A stretch of 40,356 bases of DNA, taken from a virus. Taxonomy: Duplodnaviria; Caudoviricetes. The stretch covers positions 1 through 40,356 of IMG/VR virus record IMGVR_UViG_3300005611_000072; one strand, given 5' to 3'. Below are positions 27,895 to 36,377 of this stretch, in pieces; position 1 is the first letter of the stretch; the number at the start of each line of letters is the position of its first letter. The notes under the pieces were generated by a model, which had not been told where the DNA came from, made no database searches, and worked only from the letters and a program-made list of their open reading frames with translations. A program made the translations under genes and the position numbers.

Positions 27895-28899
27895 CTAGAA
27901 TGGGAAACTTGGGCTTGGTGACTCTGAAGCACTAGCAGATGCGCTAGGACTGGTTGAGGCACTAGGACTCAAGCTAACTGATAATGATGGGCTAAGTGAT
28001 GAGCTTAAGCTTTCACTTACTGAAGGACTCAATGATTCACTTACTGAGGGACTTAGCGAAGGCGAGAGACTGACCGACACTGACGGACTGACTGAAGCCG
28101 ATGCTGAGACCGAAGGACTGAGTGAGACTGAGACACTTGGCGATAAGCTTGGAGAAGCACTTGGAGAAGAGCTTGCACTTGGCGATAAACTTGCACTTAA
28201 ACTTGGTGACAGAGATACTGACACCGAAGGACTTAAGGAAGGACTTGCACTTACAGATACTGAAGGACTGAGAGACTCGGACACACTTGGTGACGGACTC
28301 TCTGAAGCACTTACAGATACACTTGGCGATAGAGATACAGATACGCTCGGAGATTGACTTGCACTTGGTGATAAGGACACCGAGACACTTGGGCTTTGTG
28401 AAGCACTTGGGCTTGGTGACTCTGAGGCGGATGGAGAAGCTGATGCACTTGGTGATAAGGATGGTGACAAACTTACCGATAGTGATGGGCTTAAACTTGG
28501 AGATAAACTTGGTGAGGCACTTGGACTTGGAGAAGATGATACAACTTGACCACCTAATTGAGACCAGACCGCACTAGTAATAGTACCAGTATTAATATAA
28601 ATAATCATTGAACCAGATTCATTAATTTTTCTAAAGGTAGCTCCAACTAAGAATCCTGAATAACCTGTGGGGAGGGTGTTTCCCTCTGCTTCTAAAATAT
28701 TTCCACTATAAACGTGTTTTTGAGGGGTATGCGCACCCTCTGTGTCATAGCGGTGGACTTTATTGGTCCTGTATGGAGCTAGAGCAGTCAGAAAATCTGT
28801 CTCTGCTGTAGTTCTATAATCAGAATCAATCGCTTCAATGCGATCTAATTCATCTTGTGTAGATTTTGGTAAGTCTGCTTTTAGCTCAAAACTTGGCAT
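27895..28899 (-). CDS. putative capsid decoration protein with ~210-aa C-terminal Ser/Pro tail
   Basis: directly follows the capsid gene; ~120-aa globular N-terminus then (Ser-X)n to the end. Confidence 0.7.
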   Translation of the reverse strand: MPSFELKADLPKSTQDELDRIEAIDSDYRTTAETDFLTALAPYRTNKVHRYDTEGAHTPQKHVYSGNILEAEGNTLPTGYSGFLVGATFRKINESGSMIIYINTGTITSAVWSQLGGQVVSSSPSPSASPSLSPSLSPSLSVSLSPSLSPSASASPSASESPSPSASQSPSVSVSLSPSASQSPSVSVSLSPSVSVSASESPSPSVSESLSPSVSVSASPSLSPSVSVSLSPSLSASLSPSASSSPSASPSLSPSVSVSLSPSVSASASVSPSVSVSLSPSLSPSVSESLSPSVSESLSSSLSPSLSVSLSPSASTSPSASASASESPSPSFPF

Positions 28900-28919
28900 A
28901 AATTAATTTCCTCTAGGGT

Positions 28920-28946
28920 GGGGGGCTAGCCCTCGCCAGCCCCCCC
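28920..28946 (-). other. GC-rich hairpin after the capsid gene (stabiliser or partial terminator)
   Basis: G-run/C-run stem with 4-nt loop; no U-tract. Confidence 0.6.
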
Positions 28947-28958
28947 TACTTCTATTCT

Positions 28959-30068
28959 TTAGACATCAAATGTCCAGAATCCTTCGGTTGCAAAATGACG
29001 ACGTGCGTCAGTCACTTTAGCACCATATACAAAGAGGTCTTTGTATGCTGATCCGAAGTCACCAGTCAAATCTTCTTCAATGTCTGCGGCTAATAGCTTC
29101 TCAGCGAAAGTACACCAATTGGGGTGTCCAGCTAAGACTCTGAAGCCGTCGGTGTTATCACCTGTTAAGCGGTTGGATTTGAACAACTTAAACCCATCGA
29201 GTTCACCCATGTAACCTTTTTTAACAAGATCACGATAGACTTCATCGACGTGTAGTGCTACTCCAGAAGCTCTCTTCAAAACAGAGAAGAACTTAGGAGG
29301 GGCAACTAACCATCTGCCCTCATCTGGAACGGCGTTGTTTGAATACAACTCAGCCTCATCAAGTTTTTCCCTCAAAGCGCTAACTTTTTGGAAAAGGTTA
29401 GATGTGGTGATTTGTAGAGCGCTGACAGCTTCAATGGTGTAAGAAGCACCTGCGCCGATAGCTCCACCTGAGTAGGTTGAGTCAACATCATCCAAATCAT
29501 CTTCAATAGTGATAGTAGTAGCATTGGTGAAAGTGGCCACACGATACCATCGAGAATGACCAGTGGCTTTAAAGCCTCTACCAACCATAGCTGCTGTGAA
29601 AGTAGTACCATTACCTGTTACGTTACCAGAAGCGTCAACTTCGACATCTCCAGTAGTGTAATCAGTACCAACTCTGTTTCCAGCTCCAACATCTCCATAA
29701 AGACCAAAAACATATTCATCCATGTTCTTATTTCTTTCTTGAGCTTTTTGAGCCACAACTGTGGAATGAGGATCTTTAATATAAGATGCCCATTTATCAA
29801 TGGTGTATTCTTTCCAGTAGAAAGACTTCTTCACATTAATATTCAATTGAGCATTTTGTTCATACAGATCATCTGCTGATAACCCACCTTTAGTGTAGGT
29901 TTGCTCTGAAATCCTATCAAAGTTCAGAATATTTAATAATGAGCCGATTTTATTAATCTCGCCCTCGTAATCACGATTGACCACGACATCAGTCAAAGAC
30001 TTGTCGTACATCTCCATCATGAGTTTTTGGGAGAAACCTTCGGCGACTTTTGTTGCGTATGCTGACAT
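28959..30068 (-). CDS. major capsid protein (HK97 fold) with inserted beta domain
   Basis: VNRDYEGEI, VPDEGRWLV..P, GELDGFKLFKSNRL, LFVYGAKV; AAGGAGGT SD before ATG 30068; follows scaffold. Confidence 0.88.
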   Translation of the reverse strand: MSAYATKVAEGFSQKLMMEMYDKSLTDVVVNRDYEGEINKIGSLLNILNFDRISEQTYTKGGLSADDLYEQNAQLNINVKKSFYWKEYTIDKWASYIKDPHSTVVAQKAQERNKNMDEYVFGLYGDVGAGNRVGTDYTTGDVEVDASGNVTGNGTTFTAAMVGRGFKATGHSRWYRVATFTNATTITIEDDLDDVDSTYSGGAIGAGASYTIEAVSALQITTSNLFQKVSALREKLDEAELYSNNAVPDEGRWLVAPPKFFSVLKRASGVALHVDEVYRDLVKKGYMGELDGFKLFKSNRLTGDNTDGFRVLAGHPNWCTFAEKLLAADIEEDLTGDFGSAYKDLFVYGAKVTDARRHFATEGFWTFDV

Positions 30069-30103
30069 AACGCACCTCCTTAAATAATTGTTACTGACTT
30101 GAA

Positions 30104-30169
30104 CCAGTCCCAATTAGGGGTTAGGAAGTCGCTACCATTAAAATACGAAAGATTTCTAATTCATGTCAA
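30104..30169 (-). promoter_or_regulatory. capsid promoter plus CTAAC-hairpin-ACTG leader motif
   Basis: TTGACA-N18-TATTTT (30140-30169); CCTAACCCCTAATTGGGACTGG at 30104-30125. Confidence 0.7.
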
Positions 30170-30177
30170 GCTGGGTT

Positions 30178-30990
30178 TTATAGAGACTCAATTTTACCAG
30201 CCTTAGTGTAAGACAACCACTTCTTGTAATCGGTGTTTCTAAGCTTTCTACCTTCTTCAAGAGTGAGCTTGCCAGTGTTTTGTTTTCTCTTCTGATTATC
30301 ACCGCCAGTACCAATTTCAAACATCTTACCTTTTTTCTTAACGGGGGCTTTCTGATTAACTTCCCATAAGAAGGATGAAACAATATCATTTAAGTCTGCA
30401 CCCCTGCGACTTGGTTTAGTGGCAAATACTTTAAACTCTTCTTGTTTTCCCTCTAGGGTGGTAAATTTAGCAAGAGTAGCTGGATCATTTGTAAATACAT
30501 CTACTTTCTTATTCCATGCCTCAGCGTCTTTATTTTCAACTGAGATTTTATTAAGAGCCTCAATTCGCTTATTATTAATAGCGTTGTCACGAGCTAACCT
30601 CTTTTCCAAGTCGCTCATCACGTCCCAATCACTATATTCAGCTTGTAGTTCCTCATCAGTAACTTCGGCGCTTAGAGCTTCTTCGATTGCTTCATCTTTC
30701 TTCTTGTTCTTATTATGAAGAATTTGAGCTTCTTTAGTGGATTGGATGAACTTATCTTTGTAATCTACTTCTTCAGGATCTTCAATTTCTTCAGGATCTT
30801 CTACCTCTTCTTTATCCTCAGTCTCGGTAGGCTCTTCTTCTTCAACAACTTCTTCAGGATCTTCAATTTCTTCTTCAACAACTTCTTCGTTAGTAATATC
30901 TTTATTCTTTAGAGCCTCAGCTTCTTCAAGAGCTTTGAGTGCGTTAGCTTCTAGTTCCTCTTTAGAGGGTTTAATATGATTATCTGTCAT
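30178..30990 (-). CDS. capsid scaffolding protein
   Basis: very acidic N-terminus, coiled coil, basic C-terminus; lies between portal and capsid. Confidence 0.75.
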   Translation of the reverse strand: MTDNHIKPSKEELEANALKALEEAEALKNKDITNEEVVEEEIEDPEEVVEEEEPTETEDKEEVEDPEEIEDPEEVDYKDKFIQSTKEAQILHNKNKKKDEAIEEALSAEVTDEELQAEYSDWDVMSDLEKRLARDNAINNKRIEALNKISVENKDAEAWNKKVDVFTNDPATLAKFTTLEGKQEEFKVFATKPSRRGADLNDIVSSFLWEVNQKAPVKKKGKMFEIGTGGDNQKRKQNTGKLTLEEGRKLRNTDYKKWLSYTKAGKIESL

Positions 30991-30994
30991 GATT

Positions 30995-31014
30995 CAGTCC
31001 TTTTTTAGGGTTAG
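30995..31014 (-). promoter_or_regulatory. CTAAC-hairpin-ACTG leader motif
   Basis: CTAACCCTAAAAAAGGACTG, 4 nt before the scaffold ATG. Confidence 0.7.
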
Positions 31015-31023
31015 AATTATTTA

Positions 31024-31206
31024 TTATTTAGTTTTCTTTTTCTTAGTTGGTTTTTTCTTAGGTGCTAAAACATCTTCAAATTTATCTAGTTGTTCTGGTG
31101 ACAAGTAAGATCTTCTAGCGCGTAGAAAATCAATATTAGCTTTATTTAGTTCGTGGGGTTCTCTAACAACAATATTGTCTAGAGTCTTTTGTGATATTTC
31201 GTCCAT
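31024..31206 (-). CDS. small head-module protein with basic tail
   Basis: 60 aa; own promoter and leader motif; resembles the N-terminus of 27895..28899. Confidence 0.7.
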   Translation of the reverse strand: MDEISQKTLDNIVVREPHELNKANIDFLRARRSYLSPEQLDKFEDVLAPKKKPTKKKKTK

Positions 31207-31209
31207 ATT

Positions 31210-31268
31210 CCAGTCCTTTCTTTAGGGTTAGGTATATTCAAGATACTTAAAATTTATCTATTTGTCAA
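31210..31268 (-). promoter_or_regulatory. promoter plus leader motif
   Basis: TTGACA-N17-TATCTT (31240-31268); 25 bp at 31210-31234 identical to 35197-35221. Confidence 0.75.
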
Positions 31269-31593
31269 CTTTACTCACCATTCCAGCTAGCATACTTTCT
31301 ATGGCCTTGCTAGTTTTATTAGGTTTATCTAATATTGCCTCGAGCAACACATAGTTGTGAAGTCTAGCTTTGAGGTAAACATCTTTCATTTTATCTTTTT
31401 GGCTGCTGGTGTCGGTCATACTTACTAGATCAAGGGCAACTGACTCTCTCATTGAGGAGATGTATTCTCTAATTTTATTGATATCTATTCCACCCTTACC
31501 CATAGCATCAACCATTACATGTAGGGTAGCTCTTTCTTCTTGGTTGAGATCTTCGTATTCTAGACCGTAAGGTTTGAGAATTTTATCTAACAT
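31258..31593 (-). CDS. hypothetical head-module protein
   Basis: 111-aa helical ORF after portal; ATG 6 nt after TTGTAT-N17-CATAAT. Confidence 0.7.
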   Translation of the reverse strand: MLDKILKPYGLEYEDLNQEERATLHVMVDAMGKGGIDINKIREYISSMRESVALDLVSMTDTSSQKDKMKDVYLKARLHNYVLLEAILDKPNKTSKAIESMLAGMVSKVDK

Positions 31594-31639
31594 AACTTTA
31601 TTATGCTCCTAATGCGCTATTAATACAATATTAAATTAC

Positions 31640-33367
31640 TTACTGAGTCGGCGTAGGTGCTACTGGTGCTTGAGCTGGTTGAGCTAGTTGGGTTTGATCT
31701 AGGTTTTGTTGTTGATTAACTAATTCTAACCTTTGTTTTTCAGCCTCCATCACATCATTAATTTCCTCTGGTTTAAGATCAGCGAACTCTAAGAGTTTCC
31801 TTTGATATATTTCCATGAGTTTTTGATTACCAGGAATTAAAGTAACTGTAGCGTTTAGTTTTTGTAATGCTTCACTATCTTGAGCGCTCTTCTCGTCTTG
31901 ACTCCAAATCTTGCATCTATAACCAGACTTAGTCATCCAATCACTAGGCTGAATCTCTCGCTCATAAATGTCTGAGGTGTTGCGACCTTCTTTATAGATT
32001 TTAACTGCATCTAACTTATCTGCTCCAGCCTCAATTAATTTTAAGAAGATCTCACCTCGTTGCTTCCAAGCAGGAGTATAAAATTTACTCATACCCTTCA
32101 CACGCTCTTTAGCTTCACCTAGTGCTAACTTAACTTCCCCTAGTGTGATTTGTCTGTCTGTTTGCGCACCTTGTTGTGTGGCAGTTGCGCCAGTAGCCTT
32201 CTCAGACATACCAACTAAGTACTCCATCTCATCTAGTGACTCTGAAAGATCGGGAATATCAACCTTACTAAATACTTCAGTTGGATTGCCTGGAACACCA
32301 TACCAACCCCAAGGAATAGGATTGAAGGTGTTGGGATTAAACCCATCTTTTACTTTAGTTGAGTCATAGTAGTGCATCCCAAAGTTTCGTAGTGTTCTAT
32401 TCTCAACTAGTTGGCTAAACCAGGAGTTAAGCACCTTATTGGGGGTTCTAACAATATCAGCAATAGAATCTGAATACCAATCTTGTCTCTCTAAATCATC
32501 AGCCCATGAAACATAAGGATAATGGGTTTTCCAGTAATCATCTGAGGTTTTACCAATCACCTCATCAAGAGGTTTGTCCATTAGAATAACTTGATCGTCA
32601 GCCTCAATCTTTAAGAAGAGTTCTTCTTCATCGCTACCTTCTCGCTTGTCATACATAAAGTGCATAGTTAGCTCAACAATGGTTTCACCCAAGATAGGAC
32701 TAGTTTGATCAGTCATCCCCATGTCTTCCATCTTCTTGCGCTTTTCCACCTCCATCTTGGCGTTACTAGCCACTTTCACTACACCCATCTCGGTCATGTA
32801 CCAGTTCTTTAGATTCTCAACTTCACTTTTATCATAATCATCATTGGCTTCAATCTGAGTTAGTGGGACGAAAATACCAGTGTGAATTAAGAATCTAGAG
32901 GTATTTAGATCAACTGGGTCTGTGTAGCGAGAAACCAGAATGTCTTGTGGGTCTTGGATTGTTTGTTTAATCTTGCCATCTACTATCTGCCATTGGTCAT
33001 AACTACGCCCAAATAAAAACACTTGTCGTTTATCAATAATATCCAACAAATCCATGCGGTTTTGCTCAACTGTGTACTTCCAATACTCATTCTTAAAAGT
33101 CTCAGCTTGCTTATCATTGTCTAGATTCTCAAAGTAAAGCACTGGCATATCATCAACGTCTTTTAAGAGCGTTCTGATTGTTTGCTTCATTAGGGGAATA
33201 TTGACTGATTGACGCTGGGTTAGGCGGTTAACTGTGACCTTATCTCGATAGAGGGTGTAGTTTTCTCGCCAATCATTTTGACGACGCTTACGATAGTTGT
33301 AGCCATCCTCTTTATTGTTTAAGAGTACCTGTAGTTTGGGGTCAATGGGCGTAAATTCTTCAATCAT
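31640..33367 (-). CDS. portal protein
   Basis: ~575 aa right after terminase; WYSDSIADIVRTPNKVLN; MSEKATGATATQQG; Gln/Pro-rich tail; start moved to ATG 33367. Confidence 0.85.
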   Translation of the reverse strand: MIEEFTPIDPKLQVLLNNKEDGYNYRKRRQNDWRENYTLYRDKVTVNRLTQRQSVNIPLMKQTIRTLLKDVDDMPVLYFENLDNDKQAETFKNEYWKYTVEQNRMDLLDIIDKRQVFLFGRSYDQWQIVDGKIKQTIQDPQDILVSRYTDPVDLNTSRFLIHTGIFVPLTQIEANDDYDKSEVENLKNWYMTEMGVVKVASNAKMEVEKRKKMEDMGMTDQTSPILGETIVELTMHFMYDKREGSDEEELFLKIEADDQVILMDKPLDEVIGKTSDDYWKTHYPYVSWADDLERQDWYSDSIADIVRTPNKVLNSWFSQLVENRTLRNFGMHYYDSTKVKDGFNPNTFNPIPWGWYGVPGNPTEVFSKVDIPDLSESLDEMEYLVGMSEKATGATATQQGAQTDRQITLGEVKLALGEAKERVKGMSKFYTPAWKQRGEIFLKLIEAGADKLDAVKIYKEGRNTSDIYEREIQPSDWMTKSGYRCKIWSQDEKSAQDSEALQKLNATVTLIPGNQKLMEIYQRKLLEFADLKPEEINDVMEAEKQRLELVNQQQNLDQTQLAQPAQAPVAPTPTQ

Positions 33368-33404
33368 ATTATTTATCTTTACAAACAAAACTATTTTTAT
33401 GCAA
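33365..33404 (-). promoter_or_regulatory. class B promoter repeat, copy 2
   Basis: 32 bp identical to 12310-12341; TTGCAT -35. Confidence 0.7.
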
Positions 33405-33407
33405 TAC

Positions 33408-34838
33408 CTATCCTGGTAACCCTTCGTAGTATGGCTGAACGCCTCCTACCTCGTTGTTCTGCACATATTCAACTGGCTTATCAAGCTCAAAATACATCCT
33501 CATAGACATCATGTCTCCAAAGTCGGGAGAGCGACCCAAAATCTCTTTAATTTCATCCTTTGGTATTAACTGTAGTGGAGATTCAATAGAGGTTTCTTTC
33601 TTCCTCAACATAGCTTGTAAGTCCTCAATGATCATTTCTTTAGTAGTTTCATCAATATTGGCAGTAATAGCAATCTCATGCTTATTAATCTTCTCAGCCA
33701 ACATAAAAGCACACTGAGAGCGCAAGTTGCGGTAATTGTCTTTTCTCTTATTCTTGGGAGATTTATCATCCTCAACTTCCAGCGCCCGACTATTGCCCAC
33801 AAATCCCTTAATCCCTCTAACTGTATCAACTACACCACCACCCACACCATCATCATCAACAATGGAGTGACTATAGGGGATTCGCTCTGCTCTCAATTCT
33901 TCTCTAACATCATTAGAGGTTTGATCTATCCCTCTACCTTTTTTCCAACTAATCTTGTATAGATCTAGTCCCTTCCAATCACCAAATACAATTTTATCGC
34001 TTCCATATCTGGCCACATCTCCAGTAAAGTATTTCTTATCTGGGTCGTGTGATGAAAACCCATCTGGCTCGGGCATAGTATTAGTAAATAGATCTATGAT
34101 CGAGTCATAGTCAACTAAGCTGTTATCCCCACTACTGTACTCCCAGAGTCCTAGTTTAAGTCTTGCCCTAAGTACTGGATCGCTAATCTGATCTAATCTA
34201 TCTTTAGCCTGGTCTCTAGTGTATGGATTATCTTTGTAGAGTGCTTGGATGAAAGCATAGCCATCGGGTAAGTTTTTCTTGCGCCAGGGCTTGTAGAATA
34301 TGCGATATAACCAGTTCTGTTCTGGGTTACAAGTCAGTAGAATCTTGGGTACTAGTAAGCCAAACTCCTGATTCTTCCACCTACCCACACGCCCCTTAAG
34401 CACATCAAAAGCCAGGAAATGAACCTCTCCAGCCTCTTCAATCCAGCCGCCAGTGTACTCAGTAGACCCAAACCTCTGGAACTGAGGATCGCTTGGTAGA
34501 TACTTTAAATCAATTAGATCTATTCTAGATCCGTTAACAAACTCAATGTAGTTATATTGTCCATTAAGTGACCAATCAGAGGGGGGAATCTTGTGATGCG
34601 CGCAAACCTTTCTAAATGTAGCATAGGAGGAAGCCATGAGCCTAGTTCGCTCATTCCTACCAATAAACCATTTAGAACCTGGATAGAAATAACAGTTAGT
34701 TAGCAGCCATTCAGCACCCAGCCATGACTTACCACCTTCAGCTCCACCACCAAAGCCTAGAAACCTAGTCTTATCGTCTTGTAGTAGCTGGTATGCCAAG
34801 TGCTGTTTATGAGTTGGCTTGATCGTCGGGTAATTCAT
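33408..34838 (-). CDS. terL: terminase large subunit
   Basis: GGGAEGGKS Walker A; WIEEAGE Walker B; LTCNP; nuclease motifs GDVARYGSD, DDDGVGGGV, RSPDFGD. Confidence 0.95.
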   Translation of the reverse strand: MNYPTIKPTHKQHLAYQLLQDDKTRFLGFGGGAEGGKSWLGAEWLLTNCYFYPGSKWFIGRNERTRLMASSYATFRKVCAHHKIPPSDWSLNGQYNYIEFVNGSRIDLIDLKYLPSDPQFQRFGSTEYTGGWIEEAGEVHFLAFDVLKGRVGRWKNQEFGLLVPKILLTCNPEQNWLYRIFYKPWRKKNLPDGYAFIQALYKDNPYTRDQAKDRLDQISDPVLRARLKLGLWEYSSGDNSLVDYDSIIDLFTNTMPEPDGFSSHDPDKKYFTGDVARYGSDKIVFGDWKGLDLYKISWKKGRGIDQTSNDVREELRAERIPYSHSIVDDDGVGGGVVDTVRGIKGFVGNSRALEVEDDKSPKNKRKDNYRNLRSQCAFMLAEKINKHEIAITANIDETTKEMIIEDLQAMLRKKETSIESPLQLIPKDEIKEILGRSPDFGDMMSMRMYFELDKPVEYVQNNEVGGVQPYYEGLPG

Positions 34839-35193
34839 CTGGGGTAACGTAATTAAATCCTTTTATTGCCTCACCCTTAGAAGTGTGGTCAAGTTCCTTT
34901 TTGTCTCGCCAGTTCATGTTCTTTAGCGCGAATATCACACCTGTTTGATTTGGATGCCAAACTAATCTACCCTCATATACAGATTCGACCTTCTCACGAG
35001 CCTTTTTTATAATGTGTAAAAACTTATCCTTCTTATCGTAATTATAAAGCGTTTTCCTACTAATACCAATGTGATAGGCCAGTCCTGCGAGAGTCGGTTT
35101 ATCTTCCACTTTAAAGTATTCATTCACCGCGTCTTCTAATTCTTCTGGAGTTTTGAAGGCTAAGGGCCTTCCGCCTTTATTTTTGTCTACCAT
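34807..35193 (-). CDS. terS: terminase small subunit
   Basis: GGRPLAFKTPEEL...EYF...PTLAGLAYHIGISRKTLYNY...IFALKN; overlaps terL start. Confidence 0.9.
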   Translation of the reverse strand: MVDKNKGGRPLAFKTPEELEDAVNEYFKVEDKPTLAGLAYHIGISRKTLYNYDKKDKFLHIIKKAREKVESVYEGRLVWHPNQTGVIFALKNMNWRDKKELDHTSKGEAIKGFNYVTPDELPDDQANS

Positions 35194-35196
35194 AGA

Positions 35197-35256
35197 CCAG
35201 TCCTTTCTTTAGGGTTAGGTAGACTCAATATAGCAGATGATTATGAGTTATGGCAA
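35197..35256 (-). promoter_or_regulatory. terS promoter plus leader motif
   Basis: TTGCCA-N18-TATATT (35227-35256); TACCTAACCCTAAAGAAAGGACTGG 3 nt before ATG. Confidence 0.75.
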
Positions 35257-35346
35257 ATTAGTTAATTCACTATTCCTCCAATTAGTCTTCATAGGTTTCC
35301 TTTAGTTAGTTTTCTACAATCCTATTTCTTTTAGTTGTGGTTGTTC

Positions 35347-35559
35347 TCATACTACTACCCAATCAGTTCCCATTAAGTCCCCATCGTTGACTATCCATTT
35401 ATAAAACTCGTCATCTCTATGGATCATTAGTAATCCATTTTTGAGTAGTCCGTAGATGTCTTTATTTCCCCAAGACAGCCTACTTATTTTCTTACCCACA
35501 ATGATTGCTTCCATGGCTTTTGGAAATTCTAGCTTTGTTTCAATTACTGGGCTTGGCAT
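35347..35559 (-). CDS. DUF2829 / Tad2-like protein
   Basis: F..AMEAI..GKKISRLSW...W.....DLMGTDWVVV matches the family pattern. Confidence 0.7.
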   Translation of the reverse strand: MPSPVIETKLEFPKAMEAIIVGKKISRLSWGNKDIYGLLKNGLLMIHRDDEFYKWIVNDGDLMGTDWVVV

Positions 35560-35600
35560 TGCTTATTCCCCCAAATATTAGTTGATTAATAACTACCCTA

Positions 35601-35645
35601 ATAGTAGCATTTTTAGAGTGATAGTCAAGTAGCAATTTACTCAAG
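35601..35645 (-). promoter_or_regulatory. class A promoter, copy 2
   Basis: 22-bp element identical to 2498-2519; TTGACT-N16-TACTAT; TTGGGGGAA leader. Confidence 0.7.
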
Positions 35646-35898
35646 TTACACGACGCAATTGAACATAATAAGTTTTATTTCGCTGGGGCATAATGGCGCG
35701 CCTAATGTAGCCTTTTCTCAGTAGGGCATTGAGGGCATTGATTGTGGTGTAGCGTTTTATACCTTCTTTGCTCATCGCTTCTATAATTTCTTTTTGTGGG
35801 GTGGGCGTGTTTGCCTTATGCACCCAATAATCAACAAACAACATAATGTCGTGTTGGAGCTGGTTAATGTCCTTTGTATTAAGATAATCTTTACTCAC
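35641..35898 (-). CDS. winged-helix DNA-binding protein
   Basis: PTPQKEIIEAM...TTINALNALLRKGYIRR...TYY; GTG 6 nt after TTGTAG-N17-TATAGT. Confidence 0.7.
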   Translation of the reverse strand: MSKDYLNTKDINQLQHDIMLFVDYWVHKANTPTPQKEIIEAMSKEGIKRYTTINALNALLRKGYIRRAIMPQRNKTYYVQLRRVT

Positions 35899-36006
35899 AA
35901 ATCCACTATATCAGCTTTTCTTTCGCTCTACAAAGTATGCAAATATTATTCCTAAGATGACTAGAATCTTAATCATTTCCCTTTATGTAATCGTAGTAGT
36001 ATTGGT

Positions 36007-36147
36007 TTATTCTTCCTCCATAAACTTAATAATTTGCTCTCTAACGTACTCAGCTGTCATCTCAAGGGGGTGATTGTAGTCACTAAACATAGCTAGTAAA
36101 TCTAGTAGTGTTTCTTGTCTTATGTCAGCTTCTGGTTTGGCTTTCAT
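36007..36147 (-). CDS. 46-aa hypothetical protein (not in ORF track)
   Basis: MKAKPEADIRQETLLDLLAMF...; ATGA overlap. Confidence 0.55.
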   Translation of the reverse strand: MKAKPEADIRQETLLDLLAMFSDYNHPLEMTAEYVREQIIKFMEEE

Positions 36148-36377
36148 TCTTCCTTTAATATTTTTAATATATCATCTCTGTTTAAGTATTTCTTTGTGCT
36201 TACCTTACCATTGGTTATATAGGGTAGTGATTTTATTTTATTCTTTAGCTTCTGGTCTTGTTTTTGCATCCACCTATGTAAAGCGGTTGGGTTTATAACT
36301 TTATAAGTGGAGGGCATTTCATCTTCTATGATTCTAACTTCACCTACTAATTTGTTTAACTCATCGTATTTATTCAT
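36144..36377 (-). CDS. hypothetical protein
   Basis: 77-aa ORF overlapping both neighbours. Confidence 0.6.
   Translation of the reverse strand: MNKYDELNKLVGEVRIIEDEMPSTYKVINPTALHRWMQKQDQKLKNKIKSLPYITNGKVSTKKYLNRDDILKILKEE

Noticed and set aside
30156-30389. 77-aa ORF overlapping the scaffold end as a frameshift product
   Set aside because: No convincing slippery-site evidence, and its end lies in the capsid promoter
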